Assembly (NCBI RefSeq): GCF_035285525.1
Contig: NZ_JAYKGW010000175.1
Span: 1 to 32,000 of the forward strand
Reading direction: 5' to 3'
Length of the DNA: 32,000 nt
DNA from: Okeania sp.
GTDB taxonomy: Bacteria; Cyanobacteriota; Cyanobacteriia; Cyanobacteriales; Microcoleaceae
The notes under the pieces were generated by a model that worked only from the letters and a program-made list of their open reading frames with translations, did not search any database and was not told the origin of the DNA. Position 1 is the first letter of the stretch, and each line of letters starts with the position of its first letter. Positions 1-8,891 of this stretch are shown piece by piece. The translations under genes were made by a program, and so were the position numbers.

Positions 1-71
1 AGAAGGAAGAAGGAAGAAGGAAGAAGGAAGAAGGAAGAAGGAAGAAGGAAGAAGGAAGAAGGAAGAAGGAA
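1..71. repeat. Tandem heptamer array (AGAAGGA)x10, STRR-type, cut by the window edge
   Basis: Ten perfect 7-nt units read directly from pos 1-70. Confidence 0.95.
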
Positions 72-341
72 TGAAGCAACCTTAAAATAGAACAGCTATC
101 CTATAAATTTACAGTGCTTTCCATTGCCCGTGAGGTACACCTCCATACGGGCTTTCCAGCCTGCACTACAAAGCTTGATAATTAATATTTTTACTTGATA
201 ACTTGGGAATCTGCTGTATTTTATTGGTTTTAAATTACAGTATAAACCTTCCATAGAACTTTCCTGCTATAATAAAATTTATTTCTGCCTTGTTTGTTCC
301 TTTGAAAAAAGTGTAAATATGTCTAAGCGCAGTGCTATAAT

Positions 342-839
342 ATGAAAAAATATTATCGTGAATTTTTAATTAGAAATTGGCAACCTAATGACCGTAAAAA
401 AGCAGCCAATATTATAGGTTCTATTCTAGCCGAATATAATCTAAATTGGGAACCAGAAGGAGCAGATAAAGACGCCTTAGAAATAGAAAAATTTTATCAA
501 AATATAGGAGGAGAATTTTGGGTAATCGAAAAACAAGAAAAAATAGTAGGAACTGCTGCCTATTATCCCATTGAACGAGGTAATAAAGCAGTTGAAATTA
601 GAAAAATGTACTTATTACCAGAAATCAGAGGTCAAGGTTTAGGAAAATTCTTATTAAAAGAATTAGAAAAAAGAATTGCTGAATGTCAATTTCAAGAAAT
701 TTGGATAGAAACAGCAACAGTCTTGCAAGAAGCTGTTAAATTATATGAAAGTAACGGTTATCAATTAACAACTGGTGTGGAAACTAAACGTTGCGACCGT
801 GTTTATAAAAAAGTTTTAGATTCAGAGAGTCGGTTATAG
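342..839 (+). CDS. GNAT family N-acetyltransferase
   Basis: 165-aa ORF with acetyl-CoA binding motif A (IRGQGLGKFLLKELEKRI) and typical GNAT length. Confidence 0.85.
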   Translation: MKKYYREFLIRNWQPNDRKKAANIIGSILAEYNLNWEPEGADKDALEIEKFYQNIGGEFWVIEKQEKIVGTAAYYPIERGNKAVEIRKMYLLPEIRGQGLGKFLLKELEKRIAECQFQEIWIETATVLQEAVKLYESNGYQLTTGVETKRCDRVYKKVLDSESRL

Positions 840-892
840 GTTTTAAGTTGCATTAATTTATGTAAAAATAACTTGAACATTTCTTTGAGATA

Positions 893-927
893 CTGATAAC
901 TGATAACTGATAACTGATAACTGATAA
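893..927. repeat. Heptamer STRR array (CTGATAA)x5
   Basis: Five perfect units read directly. Confidence 0.95.
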
Positions 928-1057
928 TATCAAATCTGTTAGTTTAGGAGTGTAACAAGAAACCGGGTTTATGAGAGATAGATATTAGTATACTGGGCGT
1001 TGAATATAAACCCGGTTTCTCTGCTTTTTTATACCGATACTACCGGATTTGATATAA
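928..1057. mobile_element. MITE-like insert inside the CTGATAA array; ends ATATCAAATC / GATTTGATAT; internal 13-bp-stem hairpin AGAAACCGGGTTT...AAACCCGGTTTCT (958-1020)
   Basis: Inverted termini, and the same-orientation heptamer array resumes on the other side. The hairpin core recurs at 15.7, 16.8, 17.6 and 21.2 kb. Confidence 0.6.
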
Positions 1058-1082
1058 CTGATAACTGATAACTGATAACTGA
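1058..1082. repeat. Heptamer STRR array (CTGATAA)x3.5, ending 20 nt upstream of the ftsW ATG
   Basis: Read directly. Confidence 0.9.
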
Positions 1083-1101
1083 AATAACCTACTCCCTAAT
1101 T

Positions 1102-2274
1102 ATGTACTTACGTTATTTAATTCCTTTTTTTGATCCTAAAGTCCAAACATGGGCAATAGAAGCCAGATTATTACGATGGTTAACATTTCTCTGGTTATCT
1201 ATAGGTTTAGTAGTATTATTTTCAGCTTCTTATGCCAGTGGTTCAACAGAATATGGAGACGGTTTCTACTTCCTGAAACGCCAGTTAATATGGGTTTTCG
1301 TCGGAATGTTCGGATTCAATATAATTGTTTATACCCCCTTGTCGGGAATATTAAAAAATGCCAAAATAGGCATAATTTTGATACTCAGTCTGCTATTTCT
1401 CACCCTAATACCAGGAGTAGGAACCACCATTAACGGAGCAACTCGCTGGATATCTCTAGGTCCAATCATTATTCAACCCTCTGAACTAATGAAACCCTTC
1501 CTAGTATTACAAGCAGCTGATTTATTTAGTAAATGGAATCATATAACTTGGTTAACTAGAATAGTCTGGTTATCGATTTTTTCTTTGGTACTAGGAGCTA
1601 TTCTCGTGCAACCAAACTTGAGTACCACAGCCTTATGTGGTATTGTCATCTGGTTTATTGCCTTTGCTGCTGGATTACCTTACTTTTATATTGGAGGTAC
1701 TGCTCTAGCTGGATTTCTTTTAGCTACTATTAGTGTTAGTATTAATGATTATCAAAGAAGACGAATCCTTTCTTTTACCAATCCTTGGACAGATGCAACG
1801 GGTGATGGGTATCAGTTAATTCAAAGTTTACTAGCTGTTGCTTCTGGAGATGTTTGGGGACGTGGTTTTGGACTATCTCAACAAAAGTTGCATTTTCTTC
1901 CCATTCCCTACAGCGACTTTATATTTTCCGTATATGCTGAAGAGTTTGGTTTTGTAGGAGCTTTACTATTATTTCTCTTATTAACTGTCTACAGTATTAT
2001 TGCTCTGAAAGTTGCTTTCAAAGCTAGATTAATGGAACATCAACTCGTAGCCATTGGAGTTATGATAGCCTTAGTAGGGCAGTCTTTACTAAATATAGGT
2101 GTTGCTACTGGGGCATTACCAACTACAGGTTTGCCATTACCAATGTTTAGTTATGGCGGTAGTTCAATGATTGGAAGTTTGCTTTTAGCTGGATTATTAG
2201 TTCGGGTTGCCAGAGAAGAAAATCAGGCAGAAGTTTTAACATTAAAAGAACGTCGTTTACAGAGGCGAAGTTAG
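1102..2274 (+). CDS. ftsW: SEDS-family cell division protein, FtsW-like (FtsW/RodA/SpoVE)
   Basis: 390 aa with about 10 TM segments; SEDS motifs PSELMKP, FLPIPYSDFIFSVYAEEFGFVGA, LPTTGLPLPMFSYGGSS; N-terminus resembles cyanobacterial FtsW rather than RodA. Confidence 0.8.
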   Translation: MYLRYLIPFFDPKVQTWAIEARLLRWLTFLWLSIGLVVLFSASYASGSTEYGDGFYFLKRQLIWVFVGMFGFNIIVYTPLSGILKNAKIGIILILSLLFLTLIPGVGTTINGATRWISLGPIIIQPSELMKPFLVLQAADLFSKWNHITWLTRIVWLSIFSLVLGAILVQPNLSTTALCGIVIWFIAFAAGLPYFYIGGTALAGFLLATISVSINDYQRRRILSFTNPWTDATGDGYQLIQSLLAVASGDVWGRGFGLSQQKLHFLPIPYSDFIFSVYAEEFGFVGALLLFLLLTVYSIIALKVAFKARLMEHQLVAIGVMIALVGQSLLNIGVATGALPTTGLPLPMFSYGGSSMIGSLLLAGLLVRVAREENQAEVLTLKERRLQRRS

Positions 2275-2280
2275 CTTTTT

Positions 2281-2308
2281 CAGTTATCAGTTATCAGTTA
2301 TCAGTTAT
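2281..2308. repeat. Heptamer array (CAGTTAT)x4, the reverse complement of the CTGATAA family, 7 nt after the ftsW stop
   Basis: Read directly; perfect reverse complement of 1054-1081. Confidence 0.95.
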
Positions 2309-2352
2309 CCGCACCTCTTACAAAAAGTCAATGTAAACTGATGTATATAGTT

Positions 2353-2380
2353 ATTCTGAATCAGAATGAAACATTTTTTT
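2353..2380 (+). terminator. Weak candidate intrinsic terminator after ftsW (ATTCTGA-a-TCAGAAT, then a T7 run)
   Basis: 7-bp AT-rich inverted repeat followed 6 nt later by TTTTTTT. Confidence 0.25.
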
Positions 2381-2475
2381 AGCCGAAACTCTTTAACAGT
2401 AAGAAATTATTGTCTCAGTCTAAACCAGAATGACTATATAACTCCATTTTATTATGATAGGATATTAAGATTGAT

Positions 2476-2611
2476 AGGACTTACCCATGAGCGCTATTGT
2501 TAGTGGATTGACACAGCTAAAATGGTGCGTTACGACGGATTGTTAAATATCTTTCACAGTCTAGATATGAACCGTCTAACGCACCCTACAATTTTGCTTT
2601 GCGTAAGTCCT
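2476..2611. mobile_element. MITE, family with AGGACTTAC...GTAAGTCCT terminal inverted repeats
   Basis: 9-bp TIRs at both ends, a long internal imperfect hairpin (GGTGCGTTACGACGG / CCGTCTAACGCACC) and no ORF. Confidence 0.7.
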
Positions 2612-2636
2612 GATAATAATTCATAAACTTTTAATT

Positions 2637-3215
2637 ATGACTACACAATTAACAGAAAAAGCTAAACAATTAATTCCTAAAGCTAAAATAGTGAGCTTTA
2701 AAAATTGGGGGGAAGCTTTACCTGAAGAAATAATTCAACTATTTCAAATAGCTGATCACGAAGGTCGTTATCTCACAGACAAGGATTTTAACCTCCTCAA
2801 AAGTAATTCAGCAGTGCCAATTTTTTCTATTGAAGCTGCTAGTTTGCTAGGAGAATATGCCGCTGAAATTGTTGATGAAGCTAGAGAAAAAGTATTAACA
2901 ACTTATCCTAATATTACCGCAGAAGGAGGAGATTTATATCCACCTATTAGAGCCAAATCTTGTTGGAGAGATTTTTGGCATTTTTTGCGTTGTGTTACTT
3001 ATGGTATTGCTGGTAATAATATAGAATTTACCAGTGAAGAAGGACTTTATTATATGAATTTACTTTATCAAGAATTGTCTGTACCACTATCAGCAATGGT
3101 GTTGGGTTTAGAAGCTATGAAAACAAGTAGTTTAAAAAGATTTGACTCGGAAAAACAAACAGAATTAGCTCCTTATTTTGACCATTTACTGACTAAATTA
3201 AAACAATTTTCTTAA
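2637..3215 (+). CDS. Phycobiliprotein-like (phycobilisome protein family) orphan paralogue
   Basis: 192 aa that aligns by eye to allophycocyanin-type globin folds: GRYLTDKDF, AKSCWRDFWHFLRCVTYGIAG (bilin Cys plus RD), APYFDHL. Confidence 0.75.
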   Translation: MTTQLTEKAKQLIPKAKIVSFKNWGEALPEEIIQLFQIADHEGRYLTDKDFNLLKSNSAVPIFSIEAASLLGEYAAEIVDEAREKVLTTYPNITAEGGDLYPPIRAKSCWRDFWHFLRCVTYGIAGNNIEFTSEEGLYYMNLLYQELSVPLSAMVLGLEAMKTSSLKRFDSEKQTELAPYFDHLLTKLKQFS

Positions 3216-3219
3216 ATAT

Positions 3220-3876
3220 TTAGTAATGAGTATTTCTTTCCAATCCAAATAAGTCTGATGAATTGACAAAATTTTCATTTCTCAAGATTAGATGGCGATC
3301 TTTGTCTATACTAATCAACCCCTGCTGTTTTAATTTTCCTAATAGTCTGGTGACAGTTACTCGCGTTGTACCAATGGCAGCAGCAATATCTTGATGAGTC
3401 AAACGAATATTTAATAGAGTATCATCACCAACTGTTTGACCAAATTCTTGCTTCAATAAAAATAATAACTGATGTAGTCTATCTTCTACTCGTCGTTGTC
3501 CAGCGATCGCTAATAAAGCCTCCGTTTGTCGAAACCTTCTGCCTAACTGAGGCAACAACTCCTGGGTTAATTTTGGGGAAGCCTCTATTTCAATCATTGT
3601 GTAGCACATTAAACAGACATCTGACAAAGCAGTTGCCTGATAACTATGCAAATAGGAAAAACAACTGCCAAAACACATAGAAGGGCCAGCCCAACCCAAA
3701 AGACCTTCTTCAGCTATTGGATAAATGGTACTGAGTCGGACTAAACCTTGACATATTTGCCAAATACCTTGGGGAATTAAAGGTACGGTTTCTCCTTTCT
3801 GATAAAAGTGTAGATGACGTTCAGAGCCTAAATTATACTGATTAGTATCTATAGTTGCTCTTGAAGTTGGAGACAT
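3220..3876 (-). CDS. Crp/Fnr family transcriptional regulator (not NtcA)
   Basis: 218 aa; C-terminal HTH IAAAIGTTRVTVTRLLGKLKQQGLISI; N-terminal cNMP-binding-like beta-roll region. Confidence 0.85.
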   Translation of the reverse strand: MSPTSRATIDTNQYNLGSERHLHFYQKGETVPLIPQGIWQICQGLVRLSTIYPIAEEGLLGWAGPSMCFGSCFSYLHSYQATALSDVCLMCYTMIEIEASPKLTQELLPQLGRRFRQTEALLAIAGQRRVEDRLHQLLFLLKQEFGQTVGDDTLLNIRLTHQDIAAAIGTTRVTVTRLLGKLKQQGLISIDKDRHLILRNENFVNSSDLFGLERNTHY

Positions 3877-4015
3877 ATTTTAGTAAAAAAATAGTGATTT
3901 CTTATACATATAGTTCTTATTTATCCTATATGAGTAAGGTAAAAATTAGGTAATCTTTTGATTACCAATAGGTTAAGCTCTATTAATTCAAAATTCAAAA
4001 GTTAGAATTAGTTTC

Positions 4016-4115
4016 GTAGCACAGCCTTCTAGGCTGTAACAACCTGGAAGGTTGTGTTACCACAACTTGTAGCACAGCCTTCCAGGCTGTAACAACCTGG
4101 AAGGTTGTGTTACCA
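4016..4115. repeat. Two tandem copies of a 47-nt double-hairpin unit (GTAGCACAGCCTTCYAGGCTGTAACAACCTGGAAGGTTGTGTTACCA) separated by 6 nt
   Basis: Copies at 4016-4062 and 4069-4115 differ at one base. Each unit holds two adjacent stem-loops. Confidence 0.9.
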
Positions 4116-4269
4116 TTTATGCAACTTAGGACTTACGCAGGCGAACTCAGAAACCACAAGAGAAACCCGGTTTGTTTGCATCAGTCATAATAAAGGATAT
4201 TTGCAACAGTGCAACATTTAACCTACTCAAAGCTATTCACCTTGAATCTGTATAGCATCACCAGTTAAA

Positions 4270-4885
4270 GTGATGGCTGTTGCCTGCAAAGCTCGTAGCA
4301 TAATGTTACGAGCGCCTCCAATGGAAAAGCCTCTTTTAGTTCTCGTTCCTAAAATTAACTTAGGACAAACTTTAGCGAGTCATCCCACTTTTTGGTTATA
4401 CATTCCTGGTGTTAGCAAATCTATTGATTTCAGGTTGATAGATGATAACAGTGAGACTGGGGAGAAAATTTATCAGACTAACTTGAAAGTGGAGTCGGAA
4501 CCGGGAATTATTAGTTTCCAGTGGCTTTGTTGCACCACCTTTAGAGGTAGGAACAAAATATCGTTGGTTATTTGTTTTTAACTGTGTAGATGGAAAAGAA
4601 GAGTTGCGTGCTGATGGAATAGTTAAACGGGTAACAGCTAGCGATCGCTTGACAAATCACTTAAAATCTGCTACCACTGTGATGGAAAAAATAGATATTT
4701 ATGCTGAAAATGGTTTGTGGCACGAGACTATTACGGAATTAGGAAATTTGCGTCGGAGTAATCCTGATGATGTAGCGATCGCTAATAAATGGAATAGTTT
4801 ATTGCAGCAAGATAGTATTCGTTTTGAGGACTATGATTTGACTTGGGAGCCGATTCAAGATTGTTGTCATGTAGGCGTTCGGTAG
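4270..4885 (+). pseudogene. DUF928-like protein gene, frameshifted near 4521-4528, lacking an N-terminal signal peptide
   Basis: Two ORFs (4270-4581 frame 1, 4604-4885 frame 2). Joined, they read PTFWLYIP...PGIISFQ / APPLEVGTKYRWLFVFNCVDGKEELRADG, typical of DUF928. Confidence 0.6.
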
Positions 4886-4964
4886 GGTGTGTTTCGCTAC
4901 GCGACATGTAAAGCGCACAACGTACAAGGCATCGACATATATATAGTACCTTTGCGTAAGTCCT
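4882..4964. mobile_element. One-ended MITE copy (GTAGGGTGTGTTTCGC...TTTGCGTAAGTCCTG)
   Basis: Near-identical copy at 25089-25173 and inverted copies at 15533-15644 and 31880-32000. Its first bases supply the DUF928 stop codon. Confidence 0.75.
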
Positions 4965-5043
4965 GAACTTTCTAATCCATGCTTGACTAAATTGGGTCTT
5001 TTATGAAAATATTATTTCTGTAAAATCAGTAGAAAAATTATCT

Positions 5044-6111
5044 ATGATGAAAAAAGAACAAAGCGATCGCTTCTTGACTTTTGAGAATGATAATGCTATT
5101 GAACATCGGCAAAACAAGTGCATTTACCAGTTATTTGAACAACAGGTAGAAAACACCCCGAACTCAGTGACGGTTGTGTTTGAAGACAAACAGCTAACCT
5201 ATCAGCAGTTGAATGGTAAAGCTAATCAACTCGCCCGCTATTTGCAAGATTTGGGTGTAGGGCCAGAAGTGCTAGTGGGCCTTTACATCGATCGCTCTTT
5301 GGACATGGTTATTGCGATGTTAGGAATCCTGAAAGCAGGTGGTGCTTATGTTCCTTTAGCTCCGGTTTATCCGACAGAGCGTTTAGCTTTCATGGTGGAA
5401 GATGGGGGTTTGTCAATTGTAGTTACCCAAGAAAAATTGGCAGCAAAATTGCAGAATTTGACAACCCTAGGAATGTCTGCTCAGATAGTTAGTTTAGATA
5501 GGGATTGGGAAAACATATCGCCACAGAGTTCGGAAAATCTAGAGAGTAAGATAAGTTCGGAAAATTTAGCATACATCATCTATACTTCTGGTTCTACGGG
5601 AAAGCCAAAAGGAGTACAAATTGCTCACAAATCTGTAGTCAATTTATTACAGGCGATCGCTACTTCTCCAGGACTCAATGCTGACGATACCATACTAGCT
5701 GTCACTACCATATCATTTGATGTTTCGGTTCCGGAAATATATGGATTATTAACTGTTGGAGGTTGCGTTGTCATAGTTAGTCGAGAAGTAACCAAAAACC
5801 CAGAAGAGTTAATGGAGTTGCTAGCATCCCACAATCCTACAATCATGTCAGCAACTCCGGCAACTTGGCGAATGCTGCTAAATGGTGGTTGGCAAGGTAA
5901 TCAAAATCTGAAAATTATTTCTACTGGAGAGAGTTTGTCGAGGGAGTTAGCAGACAAGTTATTAGAAAAATGTGACTCCCTCTGGAATTTATACGGCCCT
6001 ACAGAAATTACTGTTTGGGCAACTATCTACCAGGTAAAATCCGGTGCAGGAGCAGTAGCGATCGGGCAACCAATTGCTAATACTCAAATTTATATTCTCG
6101 ATCCGCATTAG
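5044..6111 (+). CDS. NRPS segment 1: initiation adenylation domain, N-terminal core
   Basis: Motifs LTYQQLNGKAN, YIIYTSGSTGKPKG, FDVSVPE, NLYGPTE; ends YILDPH-TAG. Confidence 0.85.
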   Translation: MMKKEQSDRFLTFENDNAIEHRQNKCIYQLFEQQVENTPNSVTVVFEDKQLTYQQLNGKANQLARYLQDLGVGPEVLVGLYIDRSLDMVIAMLGILKAGGAYVPLAPVYPTERLAFMVEDGGLSIVVTQEKLAAKLQNLTTLGMSAQIVSLDRDWENISPQSSENLESKISSENLAYIIYTSGSTGKPKGVQIAHKSVVNLLQAIATSPGLNADDTILAVTTISFDVSVPEIYGLLTVGGCVVIVSREVTKNPEELMELLASHNPTIMSATPATWRMLLNGGWQGNQNLKIISTGESLSRELADKLLEKCDSLWNLYGPTEITVWATIYQVKSGAGAVAIGQPIANTQIYILDPH

Positions 6112-6141
6112 AAACAAGTACCTTTTGGCGAATCAGGAGAG

Positions 6142-7329
6142 TTGCACATTGGTGGTGCAGGTTTGGCGAAAGGATGCCTAAATAGACCAGAATTAACTGC
6201 AGAAAAATTTATTCCCAATCCATTTAGCACGGAACCCAACTCCTATCTCTACAAAACAGGAGATTTGGCACGCTACCTTCCGGATGGTAACATTGAATGT
6301 CTGGGACGCATCGACGATCAAGTTAAAATTCGCGGTTATCGTATCGAACTAGGGGAAATTGAGGCAACTCTGAGCAAGCATCCTGAAGTAAAACAAGCTG
6401 TCGTTACTGCCCGGGAAGATATTCCTAATCAAAAACGTTTGGTTGCTTACCTAGTTCCCGGTTCGGAAGCAGATACAGAAAATGTAGCCAAGCAAACTGA
6501 GCAATGGGAAAAAATCTGGGATGAAGCTTATATTCAGCCAGAAAATGAGGAAGACGGAAGTTTTCATATCGGTGGTTGGAATGATAGCTATACCGGCAAA
6601 GACCTAGATCCAGAACAAGTGCGAGAGTGGGTTGAATATACTGTTGAGCGGATTCTCTCTTTGCAACCCAAGCGACTATTAGAAATTGGCTGCGGAACTG
6701 GTTTGCTTTTGTTTAGAATGGCTCCCCAATGTCAGCGCTATTACGCTACCGATCTTTCTGGGGAAGCAATTCGCTATTTAGAAGGAAAAATTGGTAACAG
6801 TGAGTTGGCATCCTCAGTAGTGCTGCGTCAGAAACCTGCGGATGGATTAGGAGAAATTGTTAATGAACCTTTTGATACAGCTATCTCTAATTCAGTGATT
6901 CAGTTTTTTCCTAGTATTGAGTATTTAGTTCAGGTTATAGAAACAGCGGTACAGTTGGTTAAACCTGGAGGTCAAATTTTTCTGGGAGATATTCTGAGTT
7001 TGCCTTTGTTGGAAATGTTTCATACGTCGGTGCAGTTATATCAAGCTTCTGCTTCTCTTTCGATCGCTGAATTACGGCAACGGATAAACTCGCGTCTTGC
7101 TAGGGAACAACGACTAATTATTGCTCCTGAATTTTTTATGGCTTTGAAAGGGCATTTTCCTAAAATTAGTCATGTAGAAATTCAACTCAAGCGTGGGTAT
7201 TCTCAAAATGAATTGACTCGTTTCCGTTATGATGTGGTTCTGCATATAGGGAAAAAAGTCTCGACTCTGACAACTTCACCTGTGTTTCTTAATTGGGAGG
7301 AAAATCCCCCCCCTAACCCCCCCCTTTGA
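6142..7329 (+). CDS. NRPS segment 2: adenylation motifs A6-A8 plus the N-terminal half of an embedded SAM methyltransferase
   Basis: [38 protein letters not shown], then [11 protein letters not shown] (SAM motif I) inserted after KRLVAYLVP. Confidence 0.85.
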   Translation: MHIGGAGLAKGCLNRPELTAEKFIPNPFSTEPNSYLYKTGDLARYLPDGNIECLGRIDDQVKIRGYRIELGEIEATLSKHPEVKQAVVTAREDIPNQKRLVAYLVPGSEADTENVAKQTEQWEKIWDEAYIQPENEEDGSFHIGGWNDSYTGKDLDPEQVREWVEYTVERILSLQPKRLLEIGCGTGLLLFRMAPQCQRYYATDLSGEAIRYLEGKIGNSELASSVVLRQKPADGLGEIVNEPFDTAISNSVIQFFPSIEYLVQVIETAVQLVKPGGQIFLGDILSLPLLEMFHTSVQLYQASASLSIAELRQRINSRLAREQRLIIAPEFFMALKGHFPKISHVEIQLKRGYSQNELTRFRYDVVLHIGKKVSTLTTSPVFLNWEENPPPNPPL

Positions 7330-7345
7330 AAGGGGGGGGACTTGG
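7303..7345. repeat. C-rich/G-rich palindromic element (CCCCCCCC-TTTGAAA-GGGGGGGG) inside the NRPS methyltransferase region
   Basis: Related copies at 15478-15518, 23455-23490 and 23876-23912. It translates as NPPPNPP(P)LKGGGLGL. Confidence 0.8.
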
Positions 7346-8864
7346 ATTGAGTGTGGATGGGATTTGCCAAAAATTGCTGGAAACTTCCCCAGAAATACTG
7401 GTTGTTACCAACATTCCTAACGCTCGAATTTGGGCAGATGTGCCAGCGATCGAATTGTTAGCAAGTTCCAATTGTCCGGAAACTGTAGGGGAACTGCGAC
7501 AACAGATTACCGAAAACGGGATTGAACCGGAAGAATGGTGGCAATGTCAAGAAAAAGTTCCTTATCGGATCAATATTACCTGGCATGGTAATGGTGCTGA
7601 TGGTTACTATGATGTAATATTCGTTCGTAATGATACCAATATCATTGCCGACAGCACTTTGGCATTGCTGAACCAAGAAATAAATCTTTCACTCCCCACA
7701 CCTCCCACACCTCCCACACTCCCCACACCTCCCACACTCCCTACACCTCCCACACTTTGGAGTGCTTATGCTAATCAGCAATACACTGGAACTAAACATA
7801 GTCAATTAATTCCGCAGTTACGCGGGTTCCTGGAAGAAAAATTACCAGATTATATGCTGCCATCAGCATTTGTGGTTCTGGATGAACTCCCCCTGACACC
7901 GAGCGGAAAAATTGACAGACGCGCTCTCCCTGCTCCAGATAAATCTCGTCCGGTTCTGGATGTGGAATTAGTTCCACCGCGAAATCCTACAGAAGAAATT
8001 CTCGCTGGAATATGGGGAGAAGTTCTCAGTATCAATGAAGTGGGAGTTTTTGATAATTTCTTTATGTTGGGAGGAGACTCCATTGGTGCAACTCAACTGA
8101 TTTCACGAGTGCGGGATACTTTCCAAATTGAACTTTCCCTGCATCGATTATTTGAATCTCCGACAGTAGCAGAATTTGGCGAACTTATTTTAGTAGCGAG
8201 TCGCCAACTATTAGCTCCTATTAAACCCGTATCGCGAAATGGAGAACTGCCCTTATCTTTTGCCGAACAACGACTGTGGTTTTTAGATCAATTGCAAGAA
8301 GGAAGTGTGGTTTATAACGAGCAAGAAGGTTTGCGTCTATCCGGTTCATTGTCTGTGGAAGCTTTAGAAAAAGCAGTCCAAGAAATTGTTCGCCGTCACG
8401 AGAGCTTGCGGACAAATTATCAGGCGATCGCTGGTTCTCCGGTGCGAGTTATTCACCCCGAACTGGAGTTAAAAATACCTATTATCGATCTACAACAGTT
8501 GCCGTCAGAGGAACAGTTAAAAGAATTGCAGCGTTTGGGCGAGGGAGAAATTCAGCAACCCTTTGATTTAGCAAACGATCCTTTAGTGCGAGTGACTCTA
8601 TTACAATTGGCAGTTGATGATTATGTGTTACTGTTGACGATGCACCATATTATTACTGATGGTTGGTCAACTGGTGTATTTAGCCATGAGTTGGAAGTGC
8701 TTTATGGAGCTTATGTTCAAGGAAAAACTTCACCTTTACCCCAACTGCCAATTCAATATGCCGATTTTGCTGACTGGCAGCGACAACCGACAACTGCGGA
8801 AATTGTAGCACCGCAATTGGATTATTGGAAACAACAGTTAGCAGGAGCGCCGCCGCTATTATAA
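7326..8864 (+). CDS. NRPS segment 3: methyltransferase C-terminus, PT-rich repeat, A9-A10, carrier domain, N-terminal half of the condensation domain
   Basis: [53 protein letters not shown]. Confidence 0.85.
   Translation: MKGGGLGLSVDGICQKLLETSPEILVVTNIPNARIWADVPAIELLASSNCPETVGELRQQITENGIEPEEWWQCQEKVPYRINITWHGNGADGYYDVIFVRNDTNIIADSTLALLNQEINLSLPTPPTPPTLPTPPTLPTPPTLWSAYANQQYTGTKHSQLIPQLRGFLEEKLPDYMLPSAFVVLDELPLTPSGKIDRRALPAPDKSRPVLDVELVPPRNPTEEILAGIWGEVLSINEVGVFDNFFMLGGDSIGATQLISRVRDTFQIELSLHRLFESPTVAEFGELILVASRQLLAPIKPVSRNGELPLSFAEQRLWFLDQLQEGSVVYNEQEGLRLSGSLSVEALEKAVQEIVRRHESLRTNYQAIAGSPVRVIHPELELKIPIIDLQQLPSEEQLKELQRLGEGEIQQPFDLANDPLVRVTLLQLAVDDYVLLLTMHHIITDGWSTGVFSHELEVLYGAYVQGKTSPLPQLPIQYADFADWQRQPTTAEIVAPQLDYWKQQLAGAPPLL
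7692..7757 (+). repeat. In-frame coding tandem repeat (about 18-nt period) giving [22 protein letters not shown]
   Basis: Read directly, 22 codons. Confidence 0.9.
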
Positions 8865-8891
8865 TTACCTACAGATTATCCTCGAAAAACG

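Noticed and set aside
100-160. Hairpin GCCCGT...ACGGGC, considered as part of a structured RNA or tRNA
   Set aside because: There is no cloverleaf or known ncRNA signature. The 6-bp stem with a 15-nt loop is unremarkable.
1149-1433. 94-aa ORF overlapping the ftsW 5' region
   Set aside because: It is an alternative frame inside a well-supported SEDS gene.
3220-3876. Calling the CRP-family regulator NtcA
   Set aside because: The sequence does not match the highly conserved NtcA protein beyond the generic HTH. It is treated as a paralogous Crp/Fnr member.
4016-4115. Possible CRISPR array
   Set aside because: There are only two repeat copies separated by a 6-nt spacer, and no cas genes. This is a tandem structured repeat, not a CRISPR array.
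6109-8864. Programmed recoding (pyrrolysine, selenocysteine or readthrough) at the in-frame TAG and TAA in the NRPS
   Set aside because: TAG, TAA and TGA all interrupt unrelated genes in the window alongside frameshifts and MITE insertions. Ordinary pseudogenisation explains everything, and no recoding signals were recognised.
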